Assembly: GCF_009914755.1 (NCBI RefSeq)
Contig: NC_060941.1
Length of the DNA stretch: 64,000 nt
From: the human T2T-CHM13v2.0 reference genome, Homo sapiens
Strand: one strand, 5' to 3'
Both the position numbers and the translations under genes were made by a program. Below the pieces are notes generated by a model that was not told where the DNA came from, did no database searches, and was given only the letters and a program-made list of their open reading frames with translations. Of the stretch, positions 16,386-37,041 are shown in pieces; positions within the stretch are counted from its first letter, which is position 1; every line of letters begins with the position of its first letter.

Positions 16386-19300
16386 CTTATTTGGGAGGTG
16401 ATCCCCGGAAACACTGGCAGAGAGAGAAGTCAGGTAGGGAAGTGAAAGCAGTCAATACAGAGTGCAATTTCAAGCCAGCTACCATTATGAGCTTCATCCC
16501 AATAAGGAGCTCAACAACTCTATCCAATGACTTCTCTCTCCTTTCCCACAAAACATCTGTGACCAGACACTTGGCTTAACCTCCACATTTCTCTGCATCT
16601 TTATATAGCTTCTCCTCCTTTTATGATAACTCAGAGGAGCAGATATCCCCTTCCTCTGAACAAATGCCTCCACTTCAACTCTTCATCTACTCCCTTTCTA
16701 CCCCTCCAAAACCTTGCTCCGCCAGAGGCCCCCTGCCTTTCTCTACTCCCGCTCCCTCTTCATCCTCATTCCTTGATAACACTTTGCAACCTGACTTTCA
16801 TTTCCCCTTCTTCCTCCCATGCACTGAGGCTTGGGGGCTTTACTAAGATGCTTTTCCCAGAGGATCCTTCCTCGAGTTTCCGATACACGTCTATCCACCT
16901 TGTTTCATAAACAGTCTATTATTATTCACTGCTAAAAAACTCTCATCTCAAAATGTTAAGGATCATCATAGCTACATAACAAAGTTGTGGTAAGGATTCG
17001 AGGTTAAATACACTGTCTAGCAGAGCCTGGCACAAAGAGGCAGTCAGTACACAGCAGCAACCAATACCATCACCAAGCTTAATTATTGGAGTTTGCAACC
17101 CATGGGTGATCAGGACAGAATATGACAAGAAGGAGAGCTGTTAGAGGCAGAAGAGTAGTAGTTTGGGATCATTTTACAGAACTGCAGGAAGTCAGTGTCA
17201 CCAGAGTTCTTGAGATTTCCCAGTCTCTTGGACATTGGTGGTGATGGGCGTTCTTAAGGATGACGACTGTAGTTAGAAGAGCTAGTTCCACAATCATCAC
17301 AACAGTTTTTCCCTCTTAAATAGAAAGTGCTGGTTTTCCATGTCAATACTAAATGTTCAGTAACAACTGGCTGCAGTTGACATTCCCAAGCAAAAGCAGG
17401 GGTCAAGCCCTATCCAGTAGAGGAACCAAAGCAGAACCAGCCTTGCGTGGTTGGTCATCCGGCCACTGAACTTTCTGCCACAAAGTCAAAGAGGTTTGGG
17501 ACTAGCACGAGAATAGAACAGCAGTGGGATGAGTAGACAAGGGAGCCCACACACAGACCCGCAGGAATGTACAAATGAAGTACATGGGCACCGAGGCATT
17601 TCAAAGCCGTGAGGAGAGGATGTCTTGATTATTAAATCAATGGTGCAGGGATGATTGACTAAGGGCTTGGAAAGGCATAAAGTTCCCGTCTGTGCCTCAC
17701 ATCCCATGTCCAAATAAGATTCAACGTCTAAAGAGTTACACATCAATCAACCAGAAATTGGAAAACAAGTGCCTGGCTTATTTCACTTAGCATAATGTCC
17801 TCCAGGTCCATCCATGTGGTTGCAAATGGCAAGATTCCCTTCTTTTTTAGGGCTGAATGGTATTTTCTTGTATGTATACACCACCATTTCAATAAAGAAT
17901 TGGTTAAGTGATTGTATATTGATACAATGGACTTTTATATAGTCATGAAAGTCATGTTTTAGAATAGTCAATGCTCATGATCTATTCTTAAGTAAAATAG
18001 TAAGCTAAAAAAACATATAGCTCCAGGAGTTGAGCAAGAGAGGCACCCTGCCTGCTGGGCCTGTCTGCTCCCCTGAGTTAGGCACTCCAGGAAGGGGTTG
18101 AGAGCATCTGAGTCTTGGGGCCCAGCCCTGAGGCCCTCACTTTCCCTGCCTACTAAGGGGCCCTCAGGAACAAAAGCAGAGCCAAGGAGTTGTACAGCTA
18201 TAGAGTCCAGTGTGCTCAGCCCCTCAAGTGTGTGATGGAAATAGGCCCAGAGAGGTCAGGTGACCTGCCCAGGGCCTTCCAGCCCTCACACAGCTGGAAT
18301 CAGGATCCACGGCCCCCAGCCTGGAGCACTGGACATCACATTTCAGGGGAAGTGGGGTGCTGGGCTCACACGTGAGAGGTCTTGCTAGCTGCCAGCCTGG
18401 GGCTCACCCGCCTGCTGTCCACCCCTTCAACATCGGTAGTGGGACTCACAGGCACGAGGCTGGGGCCTTCTGCTGCAGACACAAAGCATACCGCCACCTG
18501 AGGTCCAGGGTCATGATTCAAAACCTACTAAGTGCCCATCAGTCCTTTCCCAGGTTGAAGGGAAAACAGGACTCCAGCCCCCACATAGTGCCTGGCCACC
18601 TGCTGCTCATGAGGCCTTGTCTCCCCATCTTTAGGAAGGCTTTGTGTGTGTGAAAGTTTTTGCATGCACTTGTCTTAAGCATCTTCACGGCCCTGCAAGG
18701 TGGGTTTGATTGTCATCCCCATCTTACAGGTGAAACAGGTTTCCAGAGTCTGAGTAGTTTGCCAAGGCGGGGAAGGGGTGATCCAGGACTCAAACCCAGG
18801 TCCTCCAACTGCCACTTTCTCTGACTTTCTGGGGGTCAGTAACCCCAGTCCCTTCTCTCCTAGCCTGTCAGAGATTCAGCAGAGACCCCAGGTGGAGGCT
18901 CAGTGAGCTCTGGTGTGTGATAGGGACCTGGGGTCTTGTCACTGTCCTGACACCTTATCCTCTAGGTGGCTTTGAAACCATCCGTGTCACTTTGGGCTTC
19001 ACCAGAGTTGCCAATCCCAGCCTCAAAATTCAGCCACCCCACCCCAACCTCTGGGGGCTGAGGCAAAGACTCTTCTTTTCTCCACAAAGCTAGAATGAGG
19101 ACCTTCTGGGGGCCTAAGGTAAGAAATGGTCTATTTCTAAAGGGCCTGGTGTCTGGGTAAGCTCTGTGTATTTTCTTACGTTTGCTTTTTGGGGAACTTC
19201 ATTCAGAGGAGACTTGGCAGCCTCTCTGAAGACACGGAAGTGATCAATGGCAAAGCTGCAAGAGGCTGTAAGCCCCACCTAGCATGACTTCCTCATTAGG

Positions 19301-19399
19301 CACATGGGGAAACTGAGCCTCAGTGGGTGGAACAGGCCTGCAGGGGCACAGTTGGGACAAGAACTCCGAACTCCAGGGCCCTCTACAGCTCAGGCTGTG

Positions 19400-20655
<1,256 letters not shown>

Positions 20656-20902
20656 AGACTTGGAGGGGCTGGAGGGGAAGGTGGAAAGGCAGAGGAAAAG
20701 GCAACTGGAACTTAGGGTATGGTCTTGTTACTCTTCACCAGGAACCATTTGAGGTAGGCCCCCAAGTTACAGATGGGGAAACTGAGGCCCAGAGAGGTTA
20801 AAATACTTGTGCAGAATCACACAGCTGGCTGATGACAGAAGCACGACGCAAACTGAGGCCTCCCAAGACTTTCTGCACCAGGACCAGCCAGCCATGCTGT
20901 TA

Positions 20903-21660
20903 CCTACTCATTCAACAAACAGCTGTGGAGTATTGACTCTAACGTCAGTCCCTGCCTGGGCCCCTGAGAGACAGTCATCAGGGAGATCATCTATGAAGAC
21001 ACAATAATGGTATGTTAGAAGGTGACCAGTAGCAAAAACTATGAGCATAAAGGAACTGGGTGGGCAGGCAAGGTTATGCTTAATAGGCAGGTCGGGCGGG
21101 CCTCAAGGTAAGTGTTGAGCTAAGACTTGGAGGGGCGGAAGGGAGCAATGGGGACACCTGGGGAAAAGGTTCTGAAGGCAGAGCCATGCTTGGCATGACT
21201 GAGGAAAAGCAAAGTGGCCAATGTGGCCAGAGCAGGATGGGGCAAGGGAAGAACAATGGATGGGGGCAGAGGATCGGACCCAAGTCATGTAGAAACTTTT
21301 TTTTTTTTTTGAGACAGGTTCTCATTGTATCTCCCAGGCTGGAGTGCAGTGGTGTGATCATGGCTCACTGCGGCCTTGACCTCCTGCTTTAGCCTCCTGA
21401 GTAGATGAGACTAGGCATGTGTCATCATGCCTGGCTATTCTTTTAATTTTTATTTCGCAGAGATGGGGTTTTGCTATGTTACCCAGGCTGGCCTTGAACT
21501 CCTGGGCTCGTGCAATCCCACCACAGCCTCCTAAAGTGCTGAGTGCTGGGATTACAGGCGTGAACCACTGCACCAGCTACATGTAGAACTTTATAAAGAC
21601 TGTTGCTTTCACTATGCGTGAGATGGGAAGCCGTCTTGAGTTCTAAAAGACGCCCAGTAG
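20903..21660 (-). mobile_element. L2 fragment interrupted by AluJ (21297-21577, TSD catgtagaacttt)
   Basis: Begins ctactcattcaacaaaca; the TSD is seen on both sides of the Alu. Confidence 0.7.
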
Positions 21661-22536
21661 AAGACAAACCTGTCATCTGGGGCAGGTCAGCAGGCCCAGG
21701 TTGAAGGTCCCTCTGTTGGGGGCCTGCCAGAGGGTCTGGCCTTCAAGGCCCAAATGGCATCCAGTATCCAGGGTGGCGGCAGCTCGGTCCCCACCAGATC
21801 CCTCTGCAGCATGACTCCGCTGAAGGTTCTGGCTGCCGACTCCCTTAGGAAGCCCCTGTGTGCTGGCCCAACTCTCCAGGCCTCCAGCTCATTCTCTGAA
21901 CCACCTGACACCCCTTCCCATGCATTCCTTTTCTGCTTATGTTAACCAGAGTGGGATACTGTTGTTTGTGACAAACAGCCCCGCTTGGTACTCTGACGTG
22001 ATCTATCGTCCAGGTCTCAACTCAAGTGCCCCTGTGAGGCCTGCCCTGCCAACCCCAGGCACTTCCACATCTCCCTGCTTTCTGTTCTTCAGGGCGTTCA
22101 TCACCAAAAGCATCTTGTGTAGTTATTTCTTCCTTTCTCTCACCACTAACCTTCATGAGAGTAGGGGCCATACCCACCATTACCCCCAGTAACCCCAGGG
22201 CCTACACCAAGGCTGAGGGAACAGGAGCCTGCTAATGAGTATTTGTTGAACAAATGGGTAAAAGCTGCTGATGTGGACGTTTTATGAAAGGAGTCGAAGC
22301 CATGTGTCTAGAGCGTCAGTTCTGATGATGTTGGGTCCAAGCCCAGATGTGCGTGTGCAAGAGCCTCGGTTCAGCTCCAGAAGACTCCTGGGGTACAGAT
22401 GAGAAAGGACCCCAGGGACCACTGGCTTATCCTGAACAGAAAAAGGGAGAGAGGAGGCCAGGCGCAGTGGCTCACGCCTATAATCCCAGCACTTTAAGAG
22501 GCCAAGACAGGAGAATAATTTGAGCCCAGGAGTTCA

Positions 22537-23680
<1,144 letters not shown>

Positions 23681-24020
23681 CACACTTTCTAGGCTGATCC
23701 ATCAGTACATGGGTGATGCAAAATGGTAGCCTCCGGTCACAATAGCTGACATCTTTGATTCCAGCACTTTGGGAGACTGAAGCAGGTGGATCAGTTGAGC
23801 CCAGGAGTTCACGATCAGCCTGGGCAATACGGCAAAACCGCGTCTCTACGAAAAATACAAAAAACTAGCCGGGTATGGTGGCATCCACCTTTGGTACCAG
23901 CTACTCAGGAGGCTGAGGTAGGAGGACCGCTTGAGTCTGGGGGACAGAGGCTGCAGTGAGCCGATAGCGCACCACTGTACTCCAGCCTGGGCGACGGAGT
24001 GAGATCCTGTCTCAAAAATT

Positions 24021-24145
24021 ACACTACAATACACTACACTACACTACACTACACTACACTACACTACAATACTAAAATAAAATAAAATAAAATAAAATAA
24101 AATAAAATAAATAAAATAAAATAATAAAATAAAATAAAATAAAAT
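24021..24145. repeat. Compound pentanucleotide (ACACT/ACAAT)10(AAAAT)n in the tail of AluJ 23757-24145
   Basis: Read directly from the sequence. Confidence 0.95.
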
Positions 24146-24959
24146 CGGTGGCCTCAACCCCAAGTGTGAGTGGCTTTTCAGTTTGGCTCTCCAGGGCTGC
24201 TCAGGAGCATTTCCTGTATCTCTTAATTTAGCTTCTCAGGAGAGAAATGACAGCACAAGTTATGACTCATCTCCTTAAGTCAAGTGTCAGTGATGTGGTG
24301 ACATCACATGGTAAAACCATGGCTATGGGCAAGGCACACAAAGCCAGACGTGTCTTTCCCAGGAAGTCCCTGACCCAGTGGGAAAGGAAGAAGGGAGAGG
24401 TGGCAGCCAATGGAAAGAAGGGGCAGGAGCCAAGCAGGGCCACAGGACCCGAAGCAGAAATGATTCAGAAAGCAAAGACTAATAAACAGCCAATAGCAAG
24501 ACACTTAAAAAAAAAAAAAGAGAGAAATGACCTACATGACCAAGAAAGGGTGAATAAATTTCACTATGGCCATCTGAAGGCTAGAAAGTTATGCAGCCAT
24601 TGCTGTTTAATGATGAATAATGGTGTGGTATCTTGCAAATGTGTAGGGAACACAGAAGGATGAAAATTGAGTTTAGACTGAGTTCTTTTTCTTTTCTTTG
24701 AGACAAGGTCTTGCTCTGTTGCCCAGGCTGGAGTGCAGTGATGCAATCATAGCTTATTTCAAGCTTGAATTCCTTGGATTCAGGCGATCCTCCTGCCTCG
24801 GCGCCCCACCCAGAGTAGCTGGGACCACAAGTGTGCACCACCATGCCTGGCTGAGTTTTATTTTACTTTTTGTAAAGATGGGATCTCACTATGTTGCCCA
24901 AGCTGGTCTCAAATTCCTGGATTCAAACCATTCTCCCTCCACCATGAGCCACCGCCCTG

Positions 24960-27500
<2,541 letters not shown>

Positions 27501-27501
27501 T

Positions 27502-28770
<1,269 letters not shown>

Positions 28771-29270
28771 TTATATACATATAAATATTCCTTAAATTTG
28801 TATCTACATTATCAAAAACTGGGAACAAGCTGAAGTATAAAAGGGGGAACAATTTAACACACATCAGTAAGAATGAAACTTGTTTATGCTAAAACAGAAA
28901 ATATAAAATGATGTTTGCTAGGAGAATAACTATTAAAAACATGCCCACAAAGACTGAACACTAATATACAAAAATTAAGATAATTCTATTATAATTTTCT
29001 CTCATTTCCTTCCTCTAGTTATATTAACATGTTAGATTTCTTTTCAGTCTACTAACAACAACAATATGCCACATCAAAATAATTATCCTGACTGCTAAGC
29101 TACTGGGTTGAGATAGGTCTGTTTTAATACAAAGCAGCTTCAACTAAGAGCCTAGGAATTACTACGCAGCCAGGCCTACAAAGGCAGTCCCAAGAAACAA
29201 GACGGAACACTCAAATGGCTATCCTTCTTCACTTTCACACTGACAGCTTGTGTTCTTCCCCACATCTTAC

Positions 29271-29477
29271 CTGAAGGCAGGGTCAGGGAAATTCAGAATT
29301 TCACAGGAGAATATGGAAAAATTGAGAGCAAGACATAAATGAATGGGATGCATTGGTGAAAGTTCTCTTACTGCAATATCACTAGCAGCTTTGTAAGCCA
29401 CCAAGCTGTTCTCTGCCACCTCCTTCCTGTCATTTCCTGTGGCAAATTCTGCCAGATACCTGTGGTAGACCCCTTTC
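29271..29477 (-). pseudogene. YWHAE: YWHAE exon 4 copy (207 bp)
   Basis: ttttgctgtag|GAAAGGGG...CTTCAG|gtaaga. Translates [68 protein letters not shown](R), with no stop. Confidence 0.95.
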
Positions 29478-30091
29478 CTACAGCAAAATTAAAAAAAAAA
29501 ATTAAACCAGGAACAATGATTTTTAAAGTAAAAGAGCTAAAATTGTTCTATATAATATAAAATATGTGACAAAAAATATACGTAACAATTAACAAGTGTA
29601 CTTCAATAATTTTAAACACTCAGGAATATTTGGCTTCATTTCATTTTTTTCTTAGACATTTCATACTATTTTCCTTATTAAATGTAACCAAAAATCCCAC
29701 AGAGATTAACTGAGGAGCCTCTAAATATCAGCAAAACTATCGCTTGATAGACTAGAATTAAACAAGCAAGTGGTTCCAAGAAATGGCACAAGTGTATTAA
29801 TCATAAAATAAAATTTCTACATGAAACATTCAGCCAGCACTGTGCAATATGTGGCCATTTAGGGGAGGGGAATGAGATAGGTCCCATGAAAGCAAAACAA
29901 TATAAATAAGTAAAGCAAAAGCTAATGCATTTTTATAATAGCCTGACCATCTTTTTATTCCAACATCAACTATCCTTCTAACATTAAACAATTATTTGTA
30001 AATAAAAGTTGGAAACCTACATAGAAGAAAGTCATGATTCTAAAAAGGCCAACTTTTAATCTTACATTTTCCTTTCTAGTATAGAACCTAC

Positions 30092-30198
30092 ATTTCATAA
30101 TAGAAAACCTTGGACTTGCCAGTGGTAGCTGCTGGAATGAGGTGTTTGTCCAGTGCATCCAGAACATCGCCGCAGATTAACTTTAGCTCAGTCTCAAC
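30092..30198 (-). pseudogene. YWHAE: YWHAE exon 3 copy (107 bp)
   Basis: ttttttcag|GTTGAGACT...GAAAT|gtaggt. Translates [35 protein letters not shown](M); parent is [36 protein letters not shown]. Confidence 0.95.
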
Positions 30199-30832
30199 CT
30201 GAAAAAATAAAGATAAATTTTAAAAAATCAGACTGTTTCAGTCTAGAAATTCTGTAAATTTATTACACATTCTATCTACCTCTGGTTTTGAGGAAGAGAG
30301 CTTAGTGTTACAGAGAATTCATTTCCCTCTCCAAACTCCCTTCCTCCCTTTTGACACAAAAGCAGAGAAAAGCTGCCTGTCGGTTATCAAAAGTATCTTT
30401 TCCTTCCTGCCTGCAATTAAGTGCTACACACACACCACCCCCCACCCCAATACCCCCTCACAGTCCAACTGCAGAATCACCAATGACTGAAACTAAACAC
30501 TGATGCTACTTGGTAAACGCTGGTCAATTACATGAATCTTTCACAAGGTAGCAACTATTGTATCCATTTACTGGGAAAGCAGAACCTAAGACATTTGCTC
30601 AAAGATCATCACCTTAAAAGAACTTAATAAGCAGAGCTAGGATTTGAAACCAGGCAGGGTGCAAGGGACAGAACAAAATTCAAACCCAGGCAATTTGCCT
30701 TCAGTACTTACATTCCTAACAACGTTGAACAGGCAATCCCTTTAGTGGAAGAGACCAAAACTAGTTAAGATACCAAAAATCTATGGACCAAAAAAACTAC
30801 TGCCACTCATCTCTATTCATTTATAATGCTGA

Positions 30833-31091
<259 letters not shown>

Positions 31092-31359
31092 TAGCCAAGA
31101 TGGCCTCGATCTCCTGTCCCCGTGATCCTCCCACCTCGGCCTCCCAAAGTGCTGAGATTACAGGCATGAGCCACTGCACCCAGCCTGGGTTTTTTTTTTT
31201 TTTTTTTTTTTGAGACAGGAGTCTCACTCTGCTGCCCAGGCTAGAGTGCAGTGGCGTGATTTCATATATGATGTTTATTCTAATAACAGCAAAAGGGGGA
31301 AGAGGGCAATGGAGCTTTACAGGAGAAAACTGCTTTCTGCAAGTCTTTATCTTTTTGCA

Positions 31360-32688
31360 GGTAAAAAGTCCTGCCTCAGTGTTGATGGCTTCTGACTCAC
31401 TGAGGTGGTGGTTGTGGCACTTTCACTTCACTGTTTTTGTTTTGTTTTGTTTTGTTTTTAGTAGAGACAAGGTCTTGCTTTGTTGCCCTGGGTGGTCTCA
31501 AACTCCTGGCTTCAAGCAATCCTACTGTCTTTGAAAAGGTTGTGATTAATGAACTTCCAGCCCTTTTTTAAAATAACAATAAAAGTGGCTACATCAATTG
31601 ACTCTTCCTTTCATAAAACACTGCTCTGTAGCATGTGCTGCTGTTTGACAGCATTTTACCTACAGTAAAACTCTCTTCAAAATTGGGGCCAATTCTCTGA
31701 AACCTTGCTGCCACTTTATCAACTAAGTATAGGGCATATTCTACATCCTTTGTTGTCATTTCAACAATGTTTACACCATCTTCACAGGAAATAGATTCCA
31801 TCTCAGGAAAGCACTTTCTTTGTTCATCTATGAGAAGACATTCTTTCAAGTTTGACCATGAGATTGCAGCAATTCAGTCACATCTTCAGGCTCCACTTCT
31901 AATTCTAGCTCTCTTGCTACTGGCCACCACATCTGCAGCCTCCATCAAAGTCTTGAATCTCTCAGTCATCCATGAAGGACAGAATCAACTTCTTTTCAAA
32001 TTCCCGTTCATGTTGATATTTTGACCTCCTCCCATAAAACACAAATGTTCTTAATGGTACCTAGAATGGTGAATTCTTTCCAGAAAGTTTTCAATGTACT
32101 TTGCCCAGATCCATCAGAGGAATCACCCTCTATATAGCAGCCATAGCCTTTCAAAATGTATTTCTTAAATAATAAGACTTTTATATCAAATTGTCTCCTG
32201 GATCCACGGACTGCAGGATGGATGTTGTGTTAGCAGGCACGAAAAGAACATTTTCTTATACATCTTCATCAGAGCTCCTAGGTGACTATGTGCATTGTCA
32301 AAGGGTTACTAATTGGCCTACATTCAATATTGCTGTGTCTTAAGGAATAGGGAGGCCTGAGGAGAGTAGAGAGAGATGAGGGAACAGCCAGCTAGTACAG
32401 CAGTCAGAACACTTACAACATTTATTAACTTCACCTCATAGTAATATCAAAGGTCACTGATCATACATAACCATAACAGATATAATAATGAAAATGTGTG
32501 AAATATTATGAGAATTTTAAAAAGGGACAAAGAGCCACTAAGTGAGCACATGCTGTTGGAAAAATGAAACTGATAGACTTGCTTACTCCAGGGTTGCCGC
32601 AAACCTTCAATTTGGTAAAAAAAAAAAAAAAACCATGCAATTCCTGTCAAGTACAATAAATAGGAGCCCAATAAAATGAGATATGCTT
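31360..32688 (-). mobile_element. Tigger1 DNA transposon, internally deleted and decayed
   Basis: ORF 31589-31849 resembles the Tigger1/TIGD1 transposase C-terminus (DEQRK..EMES...IVEMTTKD.EY...VDK). The Tigger1 5' terminus lies near 32650-32688. Confidence 0.85.
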
Positions 32689-32963
32689 AAGAAAAAAAAG
32701 ATATGCTTATACATCTTACTACAATTAAGTACAGTCTAGCAAGATAAAGATAGTAAGCCCTACAACAACCACTAAGAAAATAACCCAAGAAAAATCGTTT
32801 TAAAAATCATAAAGAAGGCCAGGCCAGTGAGCCAAACACCTGTACTTCCCAGCACTTTGGGAGACTGAAGCAGGAGGATAGCTTGAGCCCAGGAGTTTGA
32901 CACCAGCCTGGGCAACATAACCCGTCACTGCAAACAAGAAAAAACTTAGGCATGATGGCATGT

Positions 32964-34042
32964 TGTTGCGGGAATTCAGGGACCCCGAACGGAGGGACCG
33001 GCTGAAGCCATGGCAGAAGAACATAAATTGTGAAGATTTCATGGACATTTATTAGTTCCCCAAATTAATACTTTTATAATTTCTTACGCCTGTCTTTACT
33101 GCAATCTCTGAACATAAATTGTGAAGATTTAATGGACATTTATCACTTCCCCAATCAATACTCTTGTGATTTCCTATGCCTGTCTTTACTTAATCTCTTA
33201 ATCCTGTCATCTTCGTAAACTGAGGATGAATGTTGCCTCAGGACCCTGTGATGGTTGTGTTAACTGCACAAATTGTTGGTAGAGCACGTGTGTTTGAACT
33301 GTATGAAATCTGGGCACCTTGAAAAAAGAACAGGATAACAGCGATGTTCAGGGAACAAAGGAGATAACCTTAAAGTCTGGCGGCCTGTGGGCCGGGCGGA
33401 AGAGAGCCATATTTCTCTTCTTTCAAAAGCAAATAGGAGAAATATTGCTGAATTCTTTTTCTCAGCAAGGAGCATCCCTGAGAAAGAGAATGCATTCCTA
33501 AGGGGGGGGTCTCTAAAATGGCCGTTTTGGGAACGTTTGTCTTTTATTGTTGTTGATAAGGGATGAAATAAGCCCCAGTCTTCCGCAGCGCTCCCAGGCT
33601 TATTAGGACAAGGAAATTCCCGCCTTATAAATTTTGGTCAGACTGGTTGTCTGCTCTCAAACCCTGTCTCCTGATAAGATGTTATCAATGACAATGTGTG
33701 CCCGAAACTTCATTAGCAATTTTAATTTCACCCCGGTCCTGTGATCTCGCCCTGCCTCCATTTGCCTTGTGATATTGTATTACCTTGTGAAGCATGTGAT
33801 GTCTGTGACCCACACCTTATTCGTACACTCCCTCCCCTTTTGAAAGTCACTCATAACAACTTGCTGGTTTTGCAGCTTAGGGGGCATCACGGAACCTGCC
33901 GACATCGGATGTCTCCCCCGGACACCCAGCTTTAAAATTTCTCTCTTTTGTACTGTTTCCCTTTATTTCTCAGACCGGCTGACATTTAGGGAAAATAGAA
34001 AAGAACTCATGTGAAATATCATGGGCTGAATTTCCCCTGACA
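32964..34042 (+). mobile_element. MER11 (HERV-K11) solo LTR inserted in an AluJ
   Basis: Starts TGTTGCGGGAATTCAGGGACCCCGAACGGAGGGACCGG, carries the duplicated GAACATAAATTGTGAAGATTT motif, and ends ...TTTCCCCTGACA. The host Alu (32817-34190) resumes after it. Confidence 0.9.
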
Positions 34043-34619
34043 ACGTGGCAGTAGTCCCTGCTGCTTGTGAGGCTGAGCAGGGAGGATCACTTGAACCTGG
34101 GAGGTTGATGTTGCAGTGACCATGACAGTGCCACTGCACTCCAGACAGGGTGACAGAGCAAGACCCTATCTCAAAAATAAAATAAAAGGGCAGCGGCAGC
34201 AAGACACAACTCCCAGTCAGCCACACCATCATGAGACTAAACAACCAATGCTTGCTTGACCAGTGAACCATGTAGCCAGATGATTTTTTCCCAATTGTAG
34301 GCTAATGTAAGTGTTCTGAGCATGTTTAATGTAGGCTAGGCTAAGCCAAGGTGTTAGATAAATAAGGTATATTTCTTTCTTTTCTTTTTTTAAAGAGATG
34401 GGGTCTCACTATATTGCCTAGGCTGCAGTGAAGTGGCTGTTCACAGGTGCAATAATCACGCACTAAAGCCTCAAAATCCTGGGCTCAAATAATCCTCTTG
34501 CCTTACCAGAATGTAATCTGCTCATAACTCAAGAAGCATCTGTACTTAAGATTAAAAAGGTAGAAAAACAAAACAAAACAAAACAGGAACTAAGTAGTCA
34601 TAAGAAAAAAAAAAAGGGC

Positions 34620-35862
<1,243 letters not shown>

Positions 35863-35888
35863 GGGGGTGTATGAAGAATTGGCTATGA

Positions 35889-36220
<332 letters not shown>

Positions 36221-36881
36221 TGATCCGCCCATCTTGGCCTCTCAAAGTGCTGGGATTACAGGCGTGAGCCACTGCGCCTGGCTCAGAAATAAATTCTTAA
36301 TAAACAAAACAATGTCATAATAAGTAGAGTAAGTATTAAAGCTTTAAAAAGCAGAAGCAAACAAATTAGAAAACAGTGGAATAAAGTTGGAAATAGGCCC
36401 CAAAGCTGTTCTTTATATCAGGTATAAAAGAAATCGATCAATGCCAGCACAGCGGCTCGCACCTGTAATCCCAGCACTTTCAGAGGCCAAGGTGGGCAAA
36501 TCACCTGATATCAGGAATTCGAGACCAGCCTGGCCAACATGGTGAAACCCCGCCTCTACTAAAAATACAAAAAAAAAATTAGCTGAGTATGGTGGTAGAC
36601 ACCTATAATCCTAGCTACTCGGGAGGCTGAGACAGGAGAGTGGCTTGAACTCGCGGGGAGGAGGTTGTAGTGAGCCAAGATTGCACCACTGCACTCCAGC
36701 CTGGGCAACAGAGTGAGACTCCATCTCAAAACAAAAGAAAAAAATTTTTTGGTTAAGAGTTTAGATAAAGGAAAAAACTCCATTTAAATGTTTGTGTGAA
36801 GAAAACCATAATGGATTACATGGCACAACAACAGTTTCAAAAAATTAAAACCAATTTGTAAACATTAATCATCACGGTTAC

Positions 36882-37041
36882 TTATATGCCCTTAAAAATG
36901 ATCTATATGCTCCTAGTGTCACATAAGACACGTTAATCTAGGAGTCTACTTCACTCAGACTTTTTGCAACTAACATGCATTCTTTGTTTCTTCATCACTG
37001 TGGGGAAGAGGTGGTACATACAAAAGGTTCTTGACATAACC
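36882..37041 (-). pseudogene. Candidate 160-bp decayed exon of the unidentified gene
   Basis: atctttttatag|GGTTATG...ATATAA|gtaacc. Protein-like segments GYVKNLLYVPPLPHSDEE and ECMLVAKSLSEVDS*INVSYVTLGAYRSFLRAY; stops occur in all frames. Confidence 0.45.

Larger units (their letters stand above)
29271..30198 (-). pseudogene. YWHAEP7: Unprocessed partial YWHAE (14-3-3 epsilon) pseudogene fragment: exons 3 and 4 with a 614-bp intron
   Basis: Two exons with parental sizes (107 and 207 bp) and GT-AG sites. Exons 1, 2, 5 and 6 were not seen. About 20 aa differ from human 14-3-3e. YWHAE origin is near certain; the paralog name (17q12 LOC284100) is from memory and unverified. Confidence 0.6.

Noticed and set aside
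29271-30198. Functional YWHAE gene, or a processed pseudogene
   Set aside because: Only exons 3-4 are present, with ~20 aa changes. The retained intron excludes retrotransposition.
31589-31849. TIGD1 gene
   Set aside because: A short, diverged piece within a deleted Tigger1 fossil.
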